NCBI RefSeq assembly: GCF_005696695.1
Contig: NZ_CP040006.1
Location: forward strand, 1,830,001-1,862,000
Direction: 5' to 3'
Origin: Schaalia odontolytica
GTDB taxonomy: Bacteria; Actinomycetota; Actinomycetes; Actinomycetales; Actinomycetaceae
Length of the DNA stretch: 32,000 bases
This document shows positions 15,675-23,130 of the stretch, one piece after another; position 1 is the stretch's first letter; each line of letters begins with the position of its first letter. Below the pieces are notes generated by a model. That model was not told the DNA's origin. It did no database searches and worked only from the letters and a program-made list of their open reading frames with translations. Made by a program: the position numbers and the translations under genes.

Positions 15675-17112
15675 GTCGAGCAAGCATGTGAGTGGCAAAA
15701 GCCCCGTCGTTCGCGGCGGGGCTTGTCCATTGCCCCATGCGCACCGCGCGCTGGGCGCGGACGGTCCCGGCGACGCTACCGGCGCTCGCGCGGCCGTCGC
15801 GCTCGACCTCGGCGCGCTTGATCGGATCGCTCTCCTCCTCCAGGTGGCGCGACAGGAGCGCCACCGCGACAACGGAGATCATGAGGCCGGTGTTCATGCC
15901 GTAGTAGAACTGCTCCACCAGGGTCGCCAGGATGATGCCGCCCAGGATCGAGCCGTACACGTCCGTGGCGCGCCAGATGCGCGGGAACATGCGCAGGAAG
16001 AAGGCGAGGAACAGCGCCAGGCCAACCAGGCCGTAGGAGAAGATGACCGTCCAGAACTGGCCCTGCGTGCCGAGAGACGGCAGCCACGGCGAGGCCGAGG
16101 GGCGCGGGGCGCCGAAGCCCAGGAGCGGGGACTGCTGGAGCTCATAGAGCGTCTCGAGGTAGTTGGAGGCGCGGTCTTCCGTCGAGGAGGAGGCCGCGAC
16201 GCGCTCAAGGAGCGACTGGGAGGCCGGCGTGGCCAGCCACGCGATCACGCCCACGACGATGGCCGCAACGATACCCAGGACGGTACGCCAGGCTCCCGCG
16301 CGCAGGCGCTGGAAACCCACCCACACGACGATAACAATGAGGCCGATGTACATGCCGCGGTTGAGCGTCGCGGCTGCCGGAATGACCGACAGAGCGCACA
16401 CGGCGGCCACGATGAAACGCCACTTGGAGCGCTCGCGCCACAGCACGTACGCGAAGACGAGCGCGAGCGGGAAGATCAGCGAGTAGACGTTACCGTAGGT
16501 GTTGGAGTAGATGAAGGGGGCCGACGGGCGCGGGTCGGAGAGGATCCACGACGACGGGTTCCACTGGGTGGTCGCGCGCTTCGTGAACTCTTTGACGAAG
16601 TCGTTGGAGTGCAGGGCGCGCGGCACCAGGTAGTACATGAGCGTCTTGAAGCGCAGCGTCGGCGCCGCCATGGCGATGAAGCCGCCGATGGTGGTCGACG
16701 CCAGGAAGCCCCACATCGTGCCGGTAATCGTGCGCACGCTCAGGGACTTGCGTGCGTTGAAGGCGTAGACCGCGAAAATAGCTGGCGAGAGCTCCAGCAG
16801 GAAGCGATAGAACGCGCCGATGACGCGCCCGCCCGTGTCGAGCATGGTCATCGAGGCCAGCACCCACGCCAGGAAGAACACCCACAGGATGGATCCGGGC
16901 GGGAAGCGCAGGCCGTGTCGGCCGATCATGAACACGAGCATGATCGATGCGAACAGCGGCCACATCAGATCACCGGAGCCGAGAACCCACCACAGGAAGT
17001 ACGCCGAATAGGCCACGACGAAGGGCCACGCAGGCAGATCCTGCGCGTCCTCTCGTAGCGGCCCAATTTGGGCGGGGGCGGGTTTGGCCCAGAGTCCTCG
17101 GCGTGGGCTCAC
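15595..17112 (-). CDS. O-antigen polymerase/ligase-like polytopic membrane protein (Wzy-type)
   Basis: 505-aa ORF with about 10-12 hydrophobic helices and a larger loop, in the Wzy position of a Wzx/Wzy locus. Its start ATG overlaps the upstream GT2 stop (ATGA). The basic, non-hydrophobic C-terminal ~90 aa overlaps the convergent gene. Confidence 0.7.
   Translation of the reverse strand: MSPRRGLWAKPAPAQIGPLREDAQDLPAWPFVVAYSAYFLWWVLGSGDLMWPLFASIMLVFMIGRHGLRFPPGSILWVFFLAWVLASMTMLDTGGRVIGAFYRFLLELSPAIFAVYAFNARKSLSVRTITGTMWGFLASTTIGGFIAMAAPTLRFKTLMYYLVPRALHSNDFVKEFTKRATTQWNPSSWILSDPRPSAPFIYSNTYGNVYSLIFPLALVFAYVLWRERSKWRFIVAAVCALSVIPAAATLNRGMYIGLIVIVVWVGFQRLRAGAWRTVLGIVAAIVVGVIAWLATPASQSLLERVAASSSTEDRASNYLETLYELQQSPLLGFGAPRPSASPWLPSLGTQGQFWTVIFSYGLVGLALFLAFFLRMFPRIWRATDVYGSILGGIILATLVEQFYYGMNTGLMISVVAVALLSRHLEEESDPIKRAEVERDGRASAGSVAGTVRAQRAVRMGQWTSPAANDGAFATHMLARLNKSGRRGTRSRTASTRRRPSQTENR
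15699..15724. terminator. Bidirectional-looking terminator hairpin just after the 15021-15674 CDS
   Basis: AAGCCCCG (15699-15706) pairs with CGGGGCTT (15717-15724). An A-tract lies upstream and TTGTCC downstream on the plus strand. On the minus strand it is followed by TTTTGCC. It lies inside the 3' end of the Wzy-like ORF. Confidence 0.45.
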
Positions 17113-18452
17113 GCGTTGCCGTTCCCTTCGCCGGTCGTCTCCGTCGCGGACGAGGCCTGGGCCTCCTCAGCGCTGCTCGGTGCGGTCACGCTATCCTGCG
17201 CGGGGGCCGGCTCGGCCTGGCGCGGGGCGCCAAGCTTGTTGCGCTTGCGCGACGACAGGTAGAGGAAGGGACCCTCGAGGAAGCCCTTGATCTCGGACTT
17301 GGTGAGCGAGCCGGGCACGTCCTCGTCGGTGCCGGCGACGCGAGCGCCACCGAGCTTGACGCGGTTGAGGACGCCGGGCACACGGGTCGCCAGCGTGCCG
17401 AGCACGGAGGGTTTGGCGATGATCGCCTTCGTCAGGAGCGCCGCCATACCCGAGCCGTTGCCGCGGATCTGCTTGTCCAGGCCGGCCTCGTCGACGCGGT
17501 GACGGTGGTGCACGAGAGCGTCGGGCGTGTGGACGATGACGTCACCCGTGGCCAGGATGCGCGCGAACATGTCGAGGTCCTCGCCGCCGCGCGTCGAGGT
17601 GCCGGCGCCCAGCGCCGGATCGAAGGGACCGACCTCCATGAGGACGTCGCGACGCATGGCCATGCACACGCCCGCACCCACGCGGGCCGTCGTGATCGGG
17701 AACAGCGGGCCGCCGTCCCCCTTCTCGCCCAGGACCTCCAGGCCCTCGGGGATATCGCCGACGCACCACACGCGCGGGGACATGTCCTTGGGGAAGCCGC
17801 CGCGCGACTCGAACCACCGCTGGGGCGCGTAGCGCTGCTCCAGGGGCAGCGCGATACCCGTCGTGGCGGCCACGTACGGCGAGGCCGTGAACGGGTCGAT
17901 CATGGCGGTCAGCCAGTGCGGGTCGACGATCGCGTCGTCATCCGTGAAGACGATGACTTCGCCGCGAGCAGCCAGCACGCCGCGGTTGCGGGCGCGAGAC
18001 AGGCCCGGACGGGAGGCAGAGACGATGCTCAGGCGCGTATCGTCGATACCCGCGAGCTTCTCCCGAGTCAGGCCCGTGTGCGGAGCGTTATCCACCACGA
18101 CGAGCGTGAAACGCTGGTGATCCTGGGCCAGGATGGCGCGCACGGCATCCTCGAGCATGTCGCACGAGCCGACCGTGCACATGACGACGGTCGCGTCCAC
18201 GTCGGCGCCAGCGCCCTCTTCCCAGCCGCGCGCAGGGGCCGGTTCGACCTCGAGCACGCGCGGATCGGTCTCCGGATGGTCCGTGCCCTCGATCTCGACG
18301 AACGCCGAGTTACGGCCGTTATCGCGCACGAGCACGAGCGCTCGCGGATCCGACGGGTCGCCCGAAATCAGCTGGGAGACGCGCGCAGTGCGGTCAACGT
18401 GCCAGATCGAGGCGGCCTTGTGGTCGGCTGCGGTGGTCTCCTCGGCGGTCAT
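17109..18452 (-). CDS. Family 2 glycosyltransferase with an N-terminal ~95-aa extension
   Basis: VVMCTVGSCDMLEDAVRAILAQ....LVVVDNAP, SRARNRGV and VIVFTDDDAIV (DxD) are GT2 hallmarks. ATGA overlaps occur at both ends. Confidence 0.85.
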   Translation of the reverse strand: MTAEETTAADHKAASIWHVDRTARVSQLISGDPSDPRALVLVRDNGRNSAFVEIEGTDHPETDPRVLEVEPAPARGWEEGAGADVDATVVMCTVGSCDMLEDAVRAILAQDHQRFTLVVVDNAPHTGLTREKLAGIDDTRLSIVSASRPGLSRARNRGVLAARGEVIVFTDDDAIVDPHWLTAMIDPFTASPYVAATTGIALPLEQRYAPQRWFESRGGFPKDMSPRVWCVGDIPEGLEVLGEKGDGGPLFPITTARVGAGVCMAMRRDVLMEVGPFDPALGAGTSTRGGEDLDMFARILATGDVIVHTPDALVHHRHRVDEAGLDKQIRGNGSGMAALLTKAIIAKPSVLGTLATRVPGVLNRVKLGGARVAGTDEDVPGSLTKSEIKGFLEGPFLYLSSRKRNKLGAPRQAEPAPAQDSVTAPSSAEEAQASSATETTGEGNGNA

Positions 18453-19831
18453 TTCTTGCCCTTCTTCGAGGAAGCCTTGGCGTCCGACTTCTTGGAATCG
18501 GACGTGTCTTCCGTTTCCTTGGTAGGCGTGGATTCAGCGGCATCGACCTCAGGTTCCGAGGTCTGGGCGGACCCAGCCGGTGCCTCGTCCTTGGGGACAA
18601 TGACCTCGGCAGACTGAGCGGGAGCGGTCGGAGCGGAGGCGGGCGCGGCCACCTGGTCGCCCAGGTAGATCATGCCGTTCACCTCGCGGTTGATGATCGC
18701 GAGCTCGTCGAGCAGGTGGTGCAGCTTCTTCAGATCGTGACCCTTACGCACGGCGACGAGGACGTGGCGCGAGGGGCGGACCTCGTCGAGGAGCGAGGCG
18801 AGGGGCTGGTTGATGTCGATGAGGCGCGGCGCGGGCACACGGGTCTCAGCCAGCGAGGCGGACAGGACGCGATGCAGGTCGCGGGCCTGCGGGTCAGATG
18901 CGTCGACGATCAGGTCAACCCAGTGATCGCGGTCGATCGCCATCGCGAGCATGCGGGTGGGGGCGAGCCACGGCTCGGGGGCACCCTCCTCGGCACTCCA
19001 CACGGGCAGCGCCGTCAGGTCGGCGAGCTGCGTGGGCGAGATCAGGGAGCGCGAGCGGGTCTCACGGATGAGGACCAGGACCAGGCCCGCGAAGACGCCA
19101 ACGACGGTCGAGATCAGGATCAGTCGCACCTTCGAGGGCGAGACCTCGTCGCTCGAGGCCGCGGCCGGGGTGATCACGCGGCCGGCGGTGGCGTGGTAGG
19201 GGGCAAGCTGCTCGGCATCCTTCGCAAGCTTCGTCAGCTCGGTGCGAATCTCGGAGGCGCGCGGGTTGTCCTTCGTGTTGCCGTCCTCGTCGACCAGGGG
19301 GGTCAGGCCGGCGAGCTCGGTCTCCAGAGCCTGGATCTGCTCGTTGATGCCGGCGGCCATCTCGTCGGCGCGCTGCTCGACGAGGGCGGTGCGCTCGGTC
19401 AGGTAGGCGTTGGCGATCGCGTCCGCGGCGTCAACGGCCTGCTGGCGCGTGGGAGCCACGTACTCGATCTTGACGATCGTGCCGTTCGTGTCGCCGGACA
19501 CCTCCATGTTGGAGCGAAGCTCCTCGGCGGTGACGCCATTGCCGAGGCGCGCGGCTGCGACGTCGAGGACGGCGGCGGACTTCGCGATACCCTGCTCGGT
19601 CACCATGTCCGTCGTATTCGACAGGGAGGCGCGCACGGCGGGAGCCGGGGTGATCGACGGAGACGTCACGGTCATCGACACGGCCGCCGAGTGCGACGTG
19701 GGGACACCAAAGGCGGCTGCGACACCTACGACCAGGCCGGCCACGGTCCCCGCAACGATCGAGGTCCAGCGGCGTGCCAGCGCGTGACGAAGGATCTGCT
19801 GGCCGCCCGTGGGCGGAGGGGTCAGGATCAT
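18449..19831 (-). CDS. Wzz-like polysaccharide co-polymerase fused to a degenerate (P-loop-less) BY-kinase-like domain with a Lys-rich tail
   Basis: TM1 (IVAGTVAGLVVGVAAAFGV), a periplasmic coiled-coil region, and TM2 (LILISTVVGVFAGLVLVLI). This is followed by a ~150-aa domain (LIVDASD ... VLVAVRKGHDLKKL..LLDEL......NGMIYL) with no GxxxxGK[ST] seen by eye. The start is set at the ATG at 19831, which has AAGGAG 8 nt upstream and an ATGA overlap with the GT2 stop. Confidence 0.7.
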   Translation of the reverse strand: MILTPPPTGGQQILRHALARRWTSIVAGTVAGLVVGVAAAFGVPTSHSAAVSMTVTSPSITPAPAVRASLSNTTDMVTEQGIAKSAAVLDVAAARLGNGVTAEELRSNMEVSGDTNGTIVKIEYVAPTRQQAVDAADAIANAYLTERTALVEQRADEMAAGINEQIQALETELAGLTPLVDEDGNTKDNPRASEIRTELTKLAKDAEQLAPYHATAGRVITPAAASSDEVSPSKVRLILISTVVGVFAGLVLVLIRETRSRSLISPTQLADLTALPVWSAEEGAPEPWLAPTRMLAMAIDRDHWVDLIVDASDPQARDLHRVLSASLAETRVPAPRLIDINQPLASLLDEVRPSRHVLVAVRKGHDLKKLHHLLDELAIINREVNGMIYLGDQVAAPASAPTAPAQSAEVIVPKDEAPAGSAQTSEPEVDAAESTPTKETEDTSDSKKSDAKASSKKGKK

Positions 19832-20736
19832 GACTGTTCTCCTTGGAGGTGAGAGCGCACCCACGCGGCGCGCGCATTGAGCCGGCGCTCGAGAGCGCGG
19901 CGAGACGATGCGGGTCGAGACGCGACCCCCTGAGTGTAGACCTGCACGAAGCGGTCGAGCTCACGCTCGGCCTCGTCGCGAGGAAGCGAAACGAGCGAGA
20001 CCAGGCGCGGCAGCTCCTGGCCCGTCAGAGATACCGACAGGTCAGCGAAGGCCTGGGCCTGCTCGGGATTCTTCCACGAATCCGAGCGCCACGAGGCGTT
20101 TCCGGTGACCTGGCCCGGGTGGATGCGGTACAGCAGACCCCAGGGCGCAATACGGCGAATGCGACCGCCCGCGGATGCCACGCGCATCCACAGGTCGTAG
20201 TCCTCGGCGGGAACGCTGCGGTAGCCGCCGACGCGGTCCATGATCTCGCGGGTGGCGAGCATGGTCGGGTGGCACACGGGGTTGGTGAGCAGCAGATGCC
20301 AGCCCATGTCCTCGGGCGTGATCTCGTAAGGCATGCGGGGCACCGGGCGGGAGCCACGCAGCTCGATCATCTGCGTGAAGACCATGTCGTCGCCGCGCTC
20401 GATGGCACGCATCGTGCGCTTGAAGCGGCCCTTGAGAGACACGTCGTCGGCGTCCATACGCCCCACGAGGCGCGAGTCGGTGCGCTCCATGAGCTGAGTG
20501 AGGACGCGAGAGACGCCGCCCTCGCCCGGGGTGATGTCCTCGATGCGCAGGCGAGGATCGACCACTCCCCCACGCGACGCGCCGCGGATCGCCTCGCCGA
20601 CCGTCGAATCCGACGACGAGTCGTTGCCGACGACCAGCTCGGCGTCACGCGGCATGGCCGCCAGCGTCGAGGCCACGGCGCGTGTGATCGTGCCCGCCGC
20701 GTTGCGCGCGGGCAGCAGGACGGACAGCTCAGGCAC
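19828..20736 (-). CDS. Family 2 glycosyltransferase
   Basis: LSVLLPARNAAGTI..AV.S, LVVGNDSSSD and RMDADDVS (DxD). The start is set at the GTG at 20736 (GGGGAG upstream), overlapping the upstream stop by 8 nt. The ORF-track Met at 20910 lies inside the upstream gene. Confidence 0.8.
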   Translation of the reverse strand: MPELSVLLPARNAAGTITRAVASTLAAMPRDAELVVGNDSSSDSTVGEAIRGASRGGVVDPRLRIEDITPGEGGVSRVLTQLMERTDSRLVGRMDADDVSLKGRFKRTMRAIERGDDMVFTQMIELRGSRPVPRMPYEITPEDMGWHLLLTNPVCHPTMLATREIMDRVGGYRSVPAEDYDLWMRVASAGGRIRRIAPWGLLYRIHPGQVTGNASWRSDSWKNPEQAQAFADLSVSLTGQELPRLVSLVSLPRDEAERELDRFVQVYTQGVASRPASSRRALERRLNARAAWVRSHLQGEQS

Positions 20737-21511
20737 GGGACTCCCCCTGCGTGGCGGCCTGCTTAGCGGCCGCGTCCAGGGCGCGCAGGTCGCGGAACCG
20801 GCGACGCAGCGAAATCGAGGAGTGCGCGACCGCGATAACTGCGAGGAACGTGTAGAGCACCATGAAAGGAACGCCGAAGCCCCACAGCACGAAGGACCAG
20901 CACAGCACACCCGGGTCGGTGGGCAGCAGCACGAAGGAACGCAGGTTCCCGCCGCGCGTCTGCTTGCGGCCCGCCGCGCGCACGAACTGCTCGGCGAGGA
21001 TCTGGCTCATGAACTGGCCCGACGTTACCCATCCGTAGACGAGCGCGACGACGGCCAGCCACCACGACTCGGGGCGGTAGATCATGACTGCGGCGGCGGT
21101 GCAGAAGTGGATCGCGGGGGAACGGAACGCGTCGGCGACGTGGTCCACCCACTCGCCCGTCTTCGACGAAGCGCCCGTGACACGCGAGACCTGGCCATCC
21201 GCGGAGTCGAACATGAAGCCGACCGCAAGAGCCGTGCCGACGATGAGGCCCGTCCACCACGCGGGTTCGAGCGCGACGAGGACGATGAGGCCGAGCGTCG
21301 AGAAGCACACGGAGATGAAACTGACGAAGTTCGGGGTCCAGCCAAAAGCCGCGCAGGCGGCTGCCACGACGCGCGCAGCGCCGCGGTTCACCCAGCGCAT
21401 GTACGCGGGGACGCCCGCGCCCGGCTTCTGCGCGGCAGCCAGCGCGGAGCGGTAAGCGCTAAAACGAGTCCCCCACGAGGAACCCGGCTCGAGCACGACG
21501 GGCAGGCTCAC
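20729..21511 (-). CDS. CDP-alcohol phosphatidyltransferase-family membrane protein
   Basis: DSADGQVSRVTGASSKTGEWVDHVAD fits D-x2-D-G-x2-(A/S)-R-x8-G-x3-D-x3-D. There are multiple TM helices. An ATGA overlap links it to the upstream cytidylyltransferase. Confidence 0.85.
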   Translation of the reverse strand: MSLPVVLEPGSSWGTRFSAYRSALAAAQKPGAGVPAYMRWVNRGAARVVAAACAAFGWTPNFVSFISVCFSTLGLIVLVALEPAWWTGLIVGTALAVGFMFDSADGQVSRVTGASSKTGEWVDHVADAFRSPAIHFCTAAAVMIYRPESWWLAVVALVYGWVTSGQFMSQILAEQFVRAAGRKQTRGGNLRSFVLLPTDPGVLCWSFVLWGFGVPFMVLYTFLAVIAVAHSSISLRRRFRDLRALDAAAKQAATQGESRA

Positions 21512-22005
21512 TGCGCCTCCCCTTCCGCCGCCTGGTCCGCTTCCTTCGCTGGGGCCTCGTCGGAGAAGTCCTCGGGGGCGATGAAACGGCGCAGCTTCGT
21601 CGACGACGTCGACGGCGTGTACGGCAGGTAAACGACGCGCGCGCCGACCTCGGCCATCTCGGCCTCGAGCGCGGCGCCCTTCGGAGTGTCCTTCCAGTCG
21701 TCACCCTTGAAGAGGACGTCGAAAGGCTGGAGACGCCACGCGAGGCGCTTGTCCTGGTCCAGGTCGACGACAACCGCATCCACGAAACGCAGCGACGACA
21801 CGAGGTCGCAGCGCTCCTTGAGCGGGATGACGGGGGCGCGGCCCTTCATACGGATGAGGGCCTCGTCCGAGGTCACGCCGACGACGAGGCGATCGCAGCG
21901 CTCACGCGCGGCGCGCAGAATGTTGAGGTGTCCCTGGTGGAACATGTCAAAACCCCCGGGCACGTAGCCGGTGATGGGGGTGCGTTGCTGAGTCGTTTCG
22001 TCCAC
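21508..22005 (-). CDS. Cytidylyltransferase, TagD-like (glycerol-3-phosphate cytidylyltransferase family)
   Basis: 165-aa ORF. GYVPGGFDMFHQGHLNILRAA (HxGH nucleotidyltransferase motif) with a TagD-like size and layout. Confidence 0.8.
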   Translation of the reverse strand: MDETTQQRTPITGYVPGGFDMFHQGHLNILRAARERCDRLVVGVTSDEALIRMKGRAPVIPLKERCDLVSSLRFVDAVVVDLDQDKRLAWRLQPFDVLFKGDDWKDTPKGAALEAEMAEVGARVVYLPYTPSTSSTKLRRFIAPEDFSDEAPAKEADQAAEGEAQ

Positions 22006-22116
22006 GTAACAAGTGTGCCATTTATCAGGCGGTCAATGCGACACTTACCCACTAAATGACCGAAAGATCACGTCCCAGCGTTCCCCACCAAGTGACAAGA
22101 CGCTCCACACAGGGCC

Positions 22117-22137
22117 GTCATATCGCGCAAATATGAC
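22117..22137. promoter_or_regulatory. 7-bp-arm palindrome upstream of the tagD-like operon (candidate operator)
   Basis: GTCATAT-CGCGCAA-ATATGAC, located 112-132 nt upstream of the 22005 start codon in an AT-richer intergenic patch. Confidence 0.3.
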
Positions 22138-22275
22138 CAGATGGCCGCACGTTACCTTGTTACAGGTTGCGACATGCCAGCCGGGTGTCACGAGGCCGGC
22201 GCGCCGGTCGGGCGGTCAGGCTCGGCGTGTGCGCGGACCGCGCTCCGGCCTCGTTACTGCGTGCGCGAGGGGACC

Positions 22276-23130
22276 TCAGCGCGAGAAGACGACCGTTCGG
22301 TTGCCATTCATGAGAACGCGACGCTCCGCGTGGAAGCGGACGGCCTGCGCGAGGACGCGGCGCTCCACGTCCTGGCCGAGGGCCACCATGTCAGGCGTGG
22401 AGTCGGCGTGGGAGACGCGGGTGACGTCCTGCTCGATAATCGGGCCCTCATCGAGGTCGGCGGTCACGTAGTGGGCGGTCGCGCCAATCAGCTTCACGCC
22501 GCGCTCGTGGGCCTGCGCGTAGGGGCGCGCGCCCTTGAAGGAGGGCAGGAAGGAGTGGTGAATGTTGATGACGCGGCCCTGCATGGCGCGGCAGACCTCG
22601 TCGGAGAGGATCTGCATGTAGCGCGCCAGGACGACGAGCTCAACATTTTCGGAGGCGATGAGGTCGAGGAGCTGGCGCTCCGCCTGGGCCTTCGTGTCCT
22701 TCGTGACGGGGATGTTGAGGAAGGGGACGCCGTAGAACTGGGCGACGGGCGCCAGGTCCGGGTGGTTGCCGACGACCGCGATGACGTCGATGGGCAGGCC
22801 CTGCGTCTGCTGGCGATACAGGAGGTCGGTGAGGCAGTGGCCCTCGCGGGAGACCATGATGATGGTGCGCAGCTTGCGGCCCAGGTCGTCGACGCGGTAG
22901 GTTGCGGCGAATTCCTCGGCGACGCGGGCAAGGCCCTCGTCGATGGGGGTGCGGCCCTTCGGGGAGTCGACCTCGACGCGCATGAAGAAGGTACCCGTGT
23001 CGGAGTCGCCGAACTGCTGGGACTGGATGACGTTGCCGCCGGACTCGCCGATCACACCGGTCACGGCGTGCACGATACCGGGGCGGTCCGGGCAGGACAG
23101 AGTCACAACAAGCTGCGCGTTTTCAGTCAT
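22276..23130 (-). CDS. purU: Formyltetrahydrofolate deformylase
   Basis: An ACT-like N-terminus (LVVTLSCPDRPGIVHAVTGVI) is followed by a formyltransferase core (VGNHPDL, IINIHHSFLPSFKGA.PY.QA). The start at 23130 gives 284 aa, the usual PurU size. The ORF-track extension to 23280 encodes P/A/T low complexity. Confidence 0.9.
   Translation of the reverse strand: MTENAQLVVTLSCPDRPGIVHAVTGVIGESGGNVIQSQQFGDSDTGTFFMRVEVDSPKGRTPIDEGLARVAEEFAATYRVDDLGRKLRTIIMVSREGHCLTDLLYRQQTQGLPIDVIAVVGNHPDLAPVAQFYGVPFLNIPVTKDTKAQAERQLLDLIASENVELVVLARYMQILSDEVCRAMQGRVINIHHSFLPSFKGARPYAQAHERGVKLIGATAHYVTADLDEGPIIEQDVTRVSHADSTPDMVALGQDVERRVLAQAVRFHAERRVLMNGNRTVVFSR

Noticed and set aside
20737-20910. N-terminal extension of the second GT2 gene (ORF-track start at 20910).
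   Set aside because: It lies wholly inside the upstream CDP-alcohol transferase CDS in another frame and is Cys/Arg/Ser-rich. A GTG with GGGGAG upstream, placed right before the conserved LSVLLPARN start of the GT2 fold, fits better.
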